Source of the DNA: Vulcanimicrobiales bacterium | GTDB taxonomy: Bacteria; Vulcanimicrobiota; Vulcanimicrobiia; Vulcanimicrobiales; Vulcanimicrobiaceae | Assembly (NCBI GenBank): GCA_038231455.1 | Contig: JBBRLI010000020.1 | Span: forward strand, 1 to 49,747 | Direction of reading: 5' to 3' | Length of the DNA stretch: 49,747 nucleotides | Shown: piece by piece, positions 39,029 to 47,507 of the stretch | How the letters are laid out: each line of letters starts with the position of its first letter | Numbering within the stretch: position 1 is the first letter of the stretch | Position numbers and translations under genes: made by a program | The notes under the pieces: model-generated | What the model was told of the DNA's origin: nothing | What the model saw: the letters and a program-made list of their open reading frames with translations, nothing else | Database searches by the model: none

Positions 39029-39384
39029 GCGAGTTCGATGTGCTCGGCTCCGCCGCGCGCGGGATGGCGCTGCAGCGCGGAATGCTCGATATCGCGGCGC
39101 GCAACGTCGCCGCAGCCCAAGCCTCAACACCCGATCATCCGTATCCGCGCCTGGTCGCGGAGATTGCGGCCGCGGGCGAGGATGGCGAGGACGCGATCCC
39201 CGGCGACCCGGACGCTCAGGCAGACGACGCGCCGCTGCAGACGCATCGCGCTCCGGGTTCGGCCGATGCACTCACGGAGATGATCGCGGTGCTCGATGCG
39301 CAGCGTTCGTACGAGGCTAGCGCTTCTATTTTCGATACCGGGAAGCGGATCGCCGAACGCGCGATCGATCTGGGTCGCTCGTGA
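39025..39384 (+). CDS. flgC: Flagellar basal-body rod protein FlgC (divergent)
   Basis: SAARGMALQRGMLDIAARNVAAA at the N-terminus and EMIAVLDAQRSYEAS...AIDLGR at the C-terminus. Confidence 0.85.
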   Translation: MSEFDVLGSAARGMALQRGMLDIAARNVAAAQASTPDHPYPRLVAEIAAAGEDGEDAIPGDPDAQADDAPLQTHRAPGSADALTEMIAVLDAQRSYEASASIFDTGKRIAERAIDLGRS

Positions 39385-39647
39385 AGATCGAACAACTCGT
39401 CCCCGATACCGCGCCGTTTGCTGCGGCTCGCGTTCCGAACGACTCGACGTTTATCGGATTGGTTGACGCGGCGGGAGCGCAGCTCGAACGCGCCGATCGC
39501 GCGGAGGCCGCGTTTACGAATGGTCGCGGCGGGATCACCGAGATGATGATCGAGCGCGCGCGTGCCGACATCGCGTTGCAAATTGCGACGACCGCGGCGT
39601 CGCGCGCAACGCAAGCGCTCAATTCCGTGCTCGGGATGCAGATCTGA
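39381..39647 (+). CDS. fliE: Flagellar hook-basal body protein FliE
   Basis: EMMIERARADIALQIA...ALNSVLGMQI matches the FliE C-terminus; position after flgC. Confidence 0.82.
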   Translation: MKIEQLVPDTAPFAAARVPNDSTFIGLVDAAGAQLERADRAEAAFTNGRGGITEMMIERARADIALQIATTAASRATQALNSVLGMQI

Positions 39648-41107
39648 TGGCGACGGCACTTGCGCGTTGGAACTCCGCCGCGCCACGCGTCCGTTTGGCG
39701 ATTAGCGCAATCGCAGCCGCAATCGTGCTGGGGATCTTCGGTTCGTTCGCCGCGACCCGCGATACGCGCGTTACGCTCTTCAGCGCCGCGCTTAAACCCG
39801 ACCAGCTTGCGGAGGTCGAGGAACGTCTTGCGGCGTGGACCGTTCCGTTTGCGCCGATCCCCGACAACGTGCGCGTCGATGCTCATCGACGCTCGGAACT
39901 TCTCCTGCGGCTCTCACTTGCGGGCGTCCCGCACCCGCATCTTGCGACCTCGGATGAAACGCTTGCGAAGATCGGTGCGCTGACGCCGCAAGCGGTCCTC
40001 GAAGCGCAGACGCGCGATGGCCTTGCCGCGGATCTCGCGCTTGGTTTGCGCGGCATAACGGGGATCGCCGATGCGCGCGTGGTGATCGCGCCGGCGCGCG
40101 CCGGGATGTACGCCGACGAACGCTCGCATGACGCGAGCGCAAGCGTCCGCATCACGCTCACGCCCGGCGCGCATCTCGGCGCGAACGTCGTGCTCGGCAT
40201 CCGGCGCTTTGTCGCGGGCGGCGTACCCGGACTCGAACCGGATCGGGTGACGGTTCTCGACGATCGCGGTCTGGCGCTTGGAGAACCAACCGATACGCAC
40301 GATGATGGAGCAACGCAGCTGGAGCTCCAGACGGCGCTTGATGCGGCGTTCGGCGCGGGCGCGACGATCGTACGCGTGCATCGCGAACCGGCGGGCGTGC
40401 ATCGCGATATCCGCGATGTGCGACGTACACCCGTCGGCGGCGGCGCGATCGTGATGACCACAAACGACGAACGGTATGCGAGCGATCGAAAACGGTATTC
40501 GCGCTCCCATGCAAGCGAAGATCGCGGCAGCGAGACGCGCGAGCTGCACGAAGAGACCTTACCCGCGACGACCGCGCGGGTAACGATTGCCGTATTCGTC
40601 GATGCGGCACGGTCGCTCGATATCAAAAAGATACGCGACCTCGCCGCCGCCACTTCCGGAATCGATCGCGCGCGCGGCGACGCGCTCACGGTCGAGGCCG
40701 TGCGGTTCGCGGTATCTACACCCGCGACTCTTCCGCCCAGCTCTTTCCCCGCTCTTCCGTACCTCGCGTCGCTTGCACCACAAGCGCTCGTTGCGCTGGC
40801 AATCGTGACGACGATCGGCTTTGGAGCACGACCGGCGTATCGTCTGGCCGCGCGCGTCCTCGAACGTGCGAGCGTCGCGGTCGCGCGCGAACGCGTTACC
40901 GGCTTCGCACCGACCCACGTGCGCGGGGCGCTCCTCGGCGAGCCGCCGCACACGGCGGCAGCGATCATCTCCGCACTTCCTGCTGCGACGGCAACGGCCG
41001 TGCTCGAACTCTATCCGCCCGAAGAGCGCGCGGCGATCGTGCGACGACTCACGCGCGCGGCAAATCCGCTCCTGCCGGACACCGAGGATCTCTTCCGTGC
41101 CCGGTAA
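39647..41107 (+). CDS. fliF: FliF MS-ring protein with C-terminal FliG-middle-domain-like segment
   Basis: TM1, LRLSLAGVP, ARVVIA, ASASVRITL, VAGGVPGLEPDRVTVLDDRG, GID-x-x-RGD, TM2, then GEPPHTAAAIISAL...VLELYPPEERAAIVRRL. Confidence 0.85.
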   Translation: MATALARWNSAAPRVRLAISAIAAAIVLGIFGSFAATRDTRVTLFSAALKPDQLAEVEERLAAWTVPFAPIPDNVRVDAHRRSELLLRLSLAGVPHPHLATSDETLAKIGALTPQAVLEAQTRDGLAADLALGLRGITGIADARVVIAPARAGMYADERSHDASASVRITLTPGAHLGANVVLGIRRFVAGGVPGLEPDRVTVLDDRGLALGEPTDTHDDGATQLELQTALDAAFGAGATIVRVHREPAGVHRDIRDVRRTPVGGGAIVMTTNDERYASDRKRYSRSHASEDRGSETRELHEETLPATTARVTIAVFVDAARSLDIKKIRDLAAATSGIDRARGDALTVEAVRFAVSTPATLPPSSFPALPYLASLAPQALVALAIVTTIGFGARPAYRLAARVLERASVAVARERVTGFAPTHVRGALLGEPPHTAAAIISALPAATATAVLELYPPEERAAIVRRLTRAANPLLPDTEDLFRAR

Positions 41108-41609
41108 CTTTATCACGCTTGCGGAGATGTTACGTCCGTCGGCTGTAGCACGAGAGCAAATTGAAAGCGCGGGGCCGAGCGTCTCGATTGAGTCGTCCTG
41201 CGCGCCCGTCGTACCGGAGCACCCCGAGGAGCGTCGATTCGACGATATCGTTACGCTTGCCATTTCCGATGCCCGTCGCTTTCGCGCCGTGCTCGCGGAC
41301 GCAATCTCACATGCAGCTGTATCGCTCGTTCGCGAGATTGCAAGTGACGTTCTCGCACGCGAGCTTCAATTTGCACCGTGTGCGATGGACGCGCTCGTTG
41401 TGCGTCTGGTGAACGATCACATGAATGCGGTTCCGCTTCGCGTTCGCATCAGCCCGCACGATCAATTTTTTACAAGCGACTTTCCGTTCGTAGTCGACGC
41501 CGCGCTGCAACCCGGCGATGCGATTCTCGAATGCACGAGCGGAGCGATCGACGCGCGCTTAGGCGTGCGGCTTGCCGACGTCATCGAACGCGCGAGTGAA
41601 CGCCGTTGA
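41097..41609 (+). CDS. fliH: FliH/SctL-like ATPase stator
   Basis: Position before fliI. LRVRISPHD...DAALQPGDAILECTSGAIDARL is the typical FliH C-terminus. Confidence 0.75.
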   Translation: MPGNFITLAEMLRPSAVAREQIESAGPSVSIESSCAPVVPEHPEERRFDDIVTLAISDARRFRAVLADAISHAAVSLVREIASDVLARELQFAPCAMDALVVRLVNDHMNAVPLRVRISPHDQFFTSDFPFVVDAALQPGDAILECTSGAIDARLGVRLADVIERASERR

Positions 41610-42874
41610 TCGGTCGTGGAATCGGGCACATTATCGCGACGCACGCGTTGCTGCTCGAGGCGCATGTTCCCAGTGCCCGCGTCGGCGATGGCGTGCGGAT
41701 CGTTCGCCACGATGGCCACACGATCGACGCGCACGTTGCTTCGCTTGGCGAGGGCAAGGCGCTTCTCGTGCCGCACGGGGCCACCGACGGCATCGCGCTT
41801 GGCGACCGCGCCGAAATCGATCGCTCTGCGGCGACCCTCGTCCTCGGTACCCCGCTGCTGGGTCGCGCAATCGCGCCGGATGGCTCGCCGCTCGACGCCC
41901 GCCCCGCGCCGCGCGGTGAGCGTTACGCCGTCCGCGGCTCCATCCCTACGCCGGCTGAGCGCCTCCCCGGCCGCACGTTGTTCGTAACCGGCGTTCGCGC
42001 AATCGATGGGCCACTCACGCTCGCCCGTGGCGCGCGGGTCGGACTCTTTGGAGCGCCCGGCGCGGGCAAATCGACCTTACTCGAATCGATCGTCGCCGGC
42101 GCCCAAGCCGACGCGGTGGTCGTCGCGCTGATCGGTGAACGCGGGCGCGAGGCCGAGCGGTGGCTCGCCGATCTGGATGCTCGCGTGTCGATCGTCTGCG
42201 CGACGAGCGACCGGAGCCCAGCCGAACGCCTAAGAGCAGCGGACGTCGCCTTTGCGCAGGCCGAGCGGCTGCGTGACCGCGGGCTCGACGTGCTCTTAGT
42301 CGTCGATTCGCTCGCTCGGATCGCTGCCGCTGCGCGCGACATGGCGATCGCCCTTGGCGAGCCGGTCGGACGCGGTGGCTACCCGCCGAGCGTATTCGCG
42401 CGCCAGGCCGGGCTCCTCGAACGGGCCGGCGTGACGGCCAGTGGAGCAATCACCCTCATCGCGACGGTACTCAGCGATGGGGCCGACGAGCGCGAACCGG
42501 TCTCTGATGCGGCTCGGGCCGCGCTCGACGGTCACATCGCCCTTTCCGAGCGCCTCGCCCGCGCAGGGCACTTTCCGGCAATCGACCTCCCGCGCAGCAC
42601 CAGCCGGACCATGCTCGACGTCGTCGACGCCGATCATGCCCGGAGCGCTTCGCGGCTGCGCGACGCGCTCGCCTTGCTCGAAGAAACACGCGAGGCCCGA
42701 ATGTTCGGCCTCGACGCGGGCGGCGGCGACGTCCATCTCGAACGAGTCGTGCGCGCAGAATCGCTCATTTCCGCCTTTTTGCGCCAGGACCGAACGCCAG
42801 CACCATTTGCGGAAACGCTCATGGAAATGCACCGAGTCGCCGAATACCTAAGGGCCGATGGATATTACAGCTGA
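41606..42874 (+). CDS. fliI: FliI/SctN export ATPase
   Basis: Walker A GAPGAGKST, LIGERGRE, ATSD, Walker B LLVVDS, GYPPSVF, LDGHIALS and GHFPAID. Confidence 0.92.
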   Translation: MIGRGIGHIIATHALLLEAHVPSARVGDGVRIVRHDGHTIDAHVASLGEGKALLVPHGATDGIALGDRAEIDRSAATLVLGTPLLGRAIAPDGSPLDARPAPRGERYAVRGSIPTPAERLPGRTLFVTGVRAIDGPLTLARGARVGLFGAPGAGKSTLLESIVAGAQADAVVVALIGERGREAERWLADLDARVSIVCATSDRSPAERLRAADVAFAQAERLRDRGLDVLLVVDSLARIAAAARDMAIALGEPVGRGGYPPSVFARQAGLLERAGVTASGAITLIATVLSDGADEREPVSDAARAALDGHIALSERLARAGHFPAIDLPRSTSRTMLDVVDADHARSASRLRDALALLEETREARMFGLDAGGGDVHLERVVRAESLISAFLRQDRTPAPFAETLMEMHRVAEYLRADGYYS

Positions 42875-43469
42875 GATTTCCGCGATCCAAAATCGCATCG
42901 CGACGATTACCGGAGCCCCGCCCGATGACGTGGTCACGCCCGAGGCGGCGCGCGCGTTCGCGCAGCACGTCGCAAGTGCGCTCCGCCCCGGCACGCAGTA
43001 CACGCCTGGCGGGCCGCAAACCGGCACTCCGGCTGGTGGTGCGCTGGCGGAAGCCCCCGGCGGCCCTGCTCCGGTCGCGCCCGAACAGATCGATGCGCTC
43101 GTCGGCCAAAACGCCGGAACGTGGAATGTCGATCCGGCGCTCGTAAAAGCAATCATCGCGAACGAATCCGGTTTCAATGCGAACGCCACCTCACCGGTCG
43201 GCGCGCAAGGCCTCATGCAGCTCATGCCCGAGACCGCAAAATCGCTCGGCGTTTCGGATAGTTACGATCCGGCCCAAAACGTTGCCGGCGGCACGCGCTA
43301 TCTTAAAGGTCTGCTCGATCGCTTCAACGGTAACATGCGCCTCGCGGTCGCTGCCTACAACGCGGGCCCCGGCGCCGTGCAGAAATACGGCGACGTTCCG
43401 CCCTATGCGGAAACGCAGAACTACGTCCAAAACGTCCTCGGTTCGTACGAGAAGTATCGCGCGCGCTAA
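42858..43469 (+). CDS. Lytic transglycosylase (SLT domain)
   Basis: AIIANESGF, GAQGLMQLMP, AAYNAGPG and ETQNYV motifs. Confidence 0.93.
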   Translation: MDITAEISAIQNRIATITGAPPDDVVTPEAARAFAQHVASALRPGTQYTPGGPQTGTPAGGALAEAPGGPAPVAPEQIDALVGQNAGTWNVDPALVKAIIANESGFNANATSPVGAQGLMQLMPETAKSLGVSDSYDPAQNVAGGTRYLKGLLDRFNGNMRLAVAAYNAGPGAVQKYGDVPPYAETQNYVQNVLGSYEKYRAR

Positions 43470-45030
43470 GCGCGCGCTACTCGTTCTCCTCGGCGCGCTC
43501 GCACTTGCTACGTCGCCGGCGCTCGCACGACGCGATGCGCCACCGGCGATCGCCGAGGTCTTCGCGCGCTACGCTCGCGCGAGCGGCACGGATCGAGCCC
43601 CGACGACGCTCGAGACCGCAGGAACGCTACGCGGCGACGGACTCAACGGAACGTTTCATAGTTGGCGTGATGGCACAAACGAGCGCGATGAAGAACACTT
43701 AGGCGAACGCAGCGAGACAACGCTGCGGCTGGGGTCGCGCTTGTTCGTTCAAAACGCGTCGGGCAACGTGCGCGAACTCAAAGGCCTGTTGTATCGCCGC
43801 GCACTCACGAGCGACTACGTCGATTCGGATGCGTTTCTCCGCGAACCCGAGCGCGCGCGATTCGTCGCGACCAAGATGATCGACAAACGCACGGCCATCG
43901 GCATCGAAGTTCGTGCGCCCGGCGGCGAGCCCGAGACGCTGTGGTTCGATGCGGAGAACGGCCTGATCGTGCGGCTCGAATATCTCGACGGCGACGGTCC
44001 GACAACGGTCGACATGCGGGACTACCGAAACGTCGAGGGCGTGCTCGTTGCGTTCATGACGGTGACGTCGGATGGCGACACGGCCTTTGACATCGTCGAG
44101 ACGACGACGAGCGTGCTCGTGAACAAGCCGGTCGATGCGGCGCACTTCGCGCCGCTGACGCCGCGCGTGCTCTTGGGATCGGGCGTCCAGACGCTGCCGC
44201 TCGAAGAACGCGGCGGCCACTATTACGTGCGCGTCAAGGTCAACGGTAAGCCGTACGTGTTCCTCGTCGATACCGGAGCGCAGAGTCTCTTGCTCGATTC
44301 ACACGTGGCAAAAGAGTTGGCGATCCCCGAAGAAGGTTCGCTCGAAGTGCGGGGCACGGCACGCGGCGGCGGATTGCACACGGTGCACATCGCAAGTCTG
44401 GGCGTCGGCGATCTGCATCTCGACGACATCGTTGCAAGCTCGCTTGATATCGGCGATAGTGCGGCCGGCGCTCTGCGGTTCGATGGCATACTGGGCTACC
44501 CGTTTTTTGCCGCGGCGCTTGTCGAACTCGATTTTGGCAAGAAGACGATGCGGGTTGGCGCGCCGGGATCGTTCGTTCCGCGCGGCGAGCGCGTGCCGAT
44601 CGAGCTCGATCGCGCGATTCCCGAGGCGATCCTTGGCGTGAACGGTCACTACCGGGTACCGTTCATCATCGATACGGGATCGAGTTCCGATGTGTTGCTG
44701 TTTCGCTGGTTCGTCGATCTGCATCCCGGTGTCGTGCCTTTTACCGCGCAGCAAGGGCTCAACTACGGACTCGGGGGCGCGACGAGTGCGTACCGCTCGT
44801 CTCTTGATGAACTGACGATCGGTTCGACGCCGATGTACCACCGGTATACCGACGTGATGCTCGCAAAACAGGGCGCGTTTGCCGACCGCTTCGATGCGGG
44901 CAACGTTGGCCTGGGCGTCCTGCACAATTTCGTACTGACGCTCGATGAATCCAATCTTGCGTTTTTCATCGAACGCGCGAGTGACTTCGATGACGGGCGC
45001 AGCCGGAAGCAATTCGCAACGGCGCGGTAA
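43405..45030 (+). CDS. Exported protein with tandem retropepsin-like aspartic protease domains
   Basis: Signal-like LLVLLGALALATSPALA, two DTG motifs (FLVDTGA, FIIDTGS) and DGILG/GNVG flaps. Start uncertain. Confidence 0.8.
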   Translation: MRKRRTTSKTSSVRTRSIARAKRALLVLLGALALATSPALARRDAPPAIAEVFARYARASGTDRAPTTLETAGTLRGDGLNGTFHSWRDGTNERDEEHLGERSETTLRLGSRLFVQNASGNVRELKGLLYRRALTSDYVDSDAFLREPERARFVATKMIDKRTAIGIEVRAPGGEPETLWFDAENGLIVRLEYLDGDGPTTVDMRDYRNVEGVLVAFMTVTSDGDTAFDIVETTTSVLVNKPVDAAHFAPLTPRVLLGSGVQTLPLEERGGHYYVRVKVNGKPYVFLVDTGAQSLLLDSHVAKELAIPEEGSLEVRGTARGGGLHTVHIASLGVGDLHLDDIVASSLDIGDSAAGALRFDGILGYPFFAAALVELDFGKKTMRVGAPGSFVPRGERVPIELDRAIPEAILGVNGHYRVPFIIDTGSSSDVLLFRWFVDLHPGVVPFTAQQGLNYGLGGATSAYRSSLDELTIGSTPMYHRYTDVMLAKQGAFADRFDAGNVGLGVLHNFVLTLDESNLAFFIERASDFDDGRSRKQFATAR

Positions 45031-45076
45031 TATTCGCGTCACGATCGCGCCGCACAATCGGTTTCAGGAGGAACCG

Positions 45077-45619
45077 ATGCCAACGATTCAACCATCCGCC
45101 TTCGCTGTCGTCGCGACGCATCTCGCACAGACGGATCGACGCACGCTCTCGCAAGCCTGGTTCGATGCGCTGCATCTTGCGCGCGAACAATCGCCCCACC
45201 CCTCACCCACGCGGCGCACGCTGCACGAAGGCAACGCGCGTGCAGAAGCGGGTGGCCTCAGTCCAGTCTCACAGGCCAACGATCGCAAGCATGTTGCTGA
45301 AGCGAGCAAAAATATCCGCACCGACGATCGCTCGCAGCGTCCGATCGGTCGCGAACGTCGCATCGAACGCAGCGAACTCTCGCATCGTATCGAACGCGCG
45401 GTCGTTCGCCGTTCACCGGCGCCAGTTGCCTCAATGGTGATTCGCGCGGATGACGGGCGCGTGCAACTGCTCGTTCGGACGGATGGCGATCGAACGCGCG
45501 TCGTTGCGCTCTGCCTTCCCGCCCAGCGCGTCGCCGTCGAAGCCGCCCTCGCCCACGCGCGATTTGCGCTAGCTCGCCGCGGCATCGCTGTCGATGCCGA
45601 TGTGCGGAGCGTGGCCTGA
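45077..45619 (+). CDS. Short FliK/SctP-like length-control protein
   Basis: Low-complexity N-terminal half. C-terminal GRVQLLVRTDGDRTRVVALC...VEAALAHARFALARRGIAV resembles the T3S4 domain. AGGAGG RBS; operon position fits fliK. Confidence 0.5.
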   Translation: MPTIQPSAFAVVATHLAQTDRRTLSQAWFDALHLAREQSPHPSPTRRTLHEGNARAEAGGLSPVSQANDRKHVAEASKNIRTDDRSQRPIGRERRIERSELSHRIERAVVRRSPAPVASMVIRADDGRVQLLVRTDGDRTRVVALCLPAQRVAVEAALAHARFALARRGIAVDADVRSVA

Positions 45620-46350
45620 TGCTTAATCCCGCATCGCTCGACGCACTTGCCCGCATCGCCGCCCGCGCAAACGACGTGCTCTCTGCCTACACACCGGGCG
45701 CGATGCCCGCGCATACCGACGTGATGGCTTCGCCGAGAGCACCCGATCTCGCGACGAGTCCACTTAGCGTTGTGGCGCCGGATGGCACCTACTTTCTCAC
45801 GCAAAACCGGGATGGTTCGCGCGCGTATACGCGCCTTGGCGATCTGCAGATTCGAGACGGTGTGCTCGGCGCACCGGACGGTTCGCCGATGCTCGGTTTT
45901 GCGGGGCAAGCGCGAACGGCCGGCGCCGTCGCGCAGCCACTCAAACTTCCCGAGGGGGATCGACTGCTCGGCCGAACGGCAAGCGCCCGCATCGAATCCG
46001 ACGGCAGCTTTGTCTACACGCGTCCGGCGATCGATCCGCGCACTGGCGAACGCACGAACGAACGCGTGGTCATCGGAACGCTCGCGCTCGCGCGCTTTCC
46101 CGCCGGCACGCAAGCAATGCGGATCGATGCAACGCACGTGAGCGCCCCGCCCGGCATCAACCCGCATATCGGAACGCCGAGCGACGGCACCTTCGCCGGA
46201 CTTGCCACCTATTCGCGCGACCGCAGCGGGATCGATATCGACGCGGGTTTGCAGAAGCTGCAAGAAGCGTATCTTGCCTTCGGCGCATTGCGCGCAGCGA
46301 CGAGCGCTCGCGGCAACGTGGAAAAAAGTGCGATGGATTTGGTCAAATGA
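45619..46350 (+). CDS. FlgE/FlgF/FlgG-family hook/rod protein (minimal, 243 aa)
   Basis: YTPG, GTYFL...YTRLGDL...G-x-L...DG-x-PMLG, IGTLALARF, and C-terminal IDIDAGLQKLQEAY. Confidence 0.75.
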   Translation: MLNPASLDALARIAARANDVLSAYTPGAMPAHTDVMASPRAPDLATSPLSVVAPDGTYFLTQNRDGSRAYTRLGDLQIRDGVLGAPDGSPMLGFAGQARTAGAVAQPLKLPEGDRLLGRTASARIESDGSFVYTRPAIDPRTGERTNERVVIGTLALARFPAGTQAMRIDATHVSAPPGINPHIGTPSDGTFAGLATYSRDRSGIDIDAGLQKLQEAYLAFGALRAATSARGNVEKSAMDLVK

Positions 46351-47141
46351 TCGCAGACTTGGTGTTCCCGCCCGCCCGCGGTCGGATCCGCCCGGCGCGT
46401 TTCGTGCGCCGCTCGCACGTCCCGCTCGCCGCCGCGTGCGTGGTCGCGAGTAGCTTGCGCGAGACGCTCCGCGAGCTGGTGGGCGCCTGCGAGGTGGTGC
46501 TGGGTGAACCCGCGGCAATCGACGAGATGGCTTGGCGTGCGCTCGCACGCGGGAGCCACTGTTTCCTGACCCGCGGCCGACGAACGGATATCGTGCTCGT
46601 CATCCCGATCCTCGACGCCCGGAGACTCGTCTTGCGGGCATTCGGCGAGGCCAGTGAGTACGATAGCGCACCGATCTCCGCGCTCGAATCGCATGCGCTC
46701 GAGCGGATCGCGGCCCGCTGTGCACATGCCTTCGATGCGCTGTGTGCGGAGCGCCGCGGGCCGGCGATTGCGATCCCAGCACGTGACATCCCCGCGTGCG
46801 CGGCATACTTCGATGTTCGCGTGAGCGCGCCGCTCCCCATCACCTTGGGAATCGGCATCGTCCGCGACTTACCCGTCCCCGCGGCGGGGCCGGGCATCGA
46901 TTCCTTAAAGCTGCGTGAGATTCTGGTTGAGGCACGGGCCGAATTCGCCTCAGGAATGGTATCGGCAAGGGACCTCGCCATGCTCCGCGTCGGCGATGTC
47001 GTGCGCTTGGACACGAAGGTTGGGGCTCCGGCCGCGCTTAAAGTTGGTCCAACGACGATAGCCGTGGGAAATTGCGGCTTCGCTGACGCGCACACGGCGT
47101 TTCTCGTGCGCACATCCTCCACGATCGGAGATTCCCCGTGA
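46347..47141 (+). CDS. fliM: FliM/SctQ-like C-ring protein (divergent)
   Basis: C-terminal SpoA domain ([13 protein letters not shown]); lies directly upstream of fliN. Confidence 0.65.
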   Translation: MIADLVFPPARGRIRPARFVRRSHVPLAAACVVASSLRETLRELVGACEVVLGEPAAIDEMAWRALARGSHCFLTRGRRTDIVLVIPILDARRLVLRAFGEASEYDSAPISALESHALERIAARCAHAFDALCAERRGPAIAIPARDIPACAAYFDVRVSAPLPITLGIGIVRDLPVPAAGPGIDSLKLREILVEARAEFASGMVSARDLAMLRVGDVVRLDTKVGAPAALKVGPTTIAVGNCGFADAHTAFLVRTSSTIGDSP

Positions 47142-47404
47142 TGGCCCAGGAGCAGAGCAAGAACCTGGACTTGCTCATGAACGTCCCGCTCAAAATTACG
47201 GCGGAACTCGGCACGTGCAAGATGCTCGTGCAAGATATTCTAAAGCTCGGCACGGGTTCCGTGGTCGAACTCGATCGCCTCGCTGGCGGTCCCGTCGACT
47301 TACTCGTCAACGATAAACTTGTCGCGCGCGGTGAAGTCGTCGCGATCGATGAGAACTTCGGCGTTCGCGTCACCGAATTGATCGAGCACGTCCAGCACCC
47401 GTAA
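47138..47404 (+). CDS. fliN: C-ring protein FliN
   Basis: [17 protein letters not shown]...[11 protein letters not shown]-x-PVDLLVN...ARGEVV...FGVRVTE. Confidence 0.95.
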   Translation: MMAQEQSKNLDLLMNVPLKITAELGTCKMLVQDILKLGTGSVVELDRLAGGPVDLLVNDKLVARGEVVAIDENFGVRVTELIEHVQHP

Positions 47405-47428
47405 GGTTTAAAACCGATCGATCTCCAG

Positions 47429-47458
47429 AAGCGCGGCGAAAGTCGCGTTTTTTGTTTG
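47429..47458 (+). terminator. Intrinsic terminator after fliN
   Basis: AAGCGCGGC-GAAA-GTCGCGTTT (two G-U pairs) followed by TTTGTTT. Confidence 0.75.
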
Positions 47459-47507
47459 GTCGCATCGCGGTAATACACGTGCCATCTCTTCGCGCCAACA
47501 TCGCTAC

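Noticed and set aside
41606-42874. ATPase as F1 ATP synthase beta subunit
   Set aside because: The GYPPSVF and LDGHI motifs and the fliH/fliF context identify it as the FliI/SctN family.
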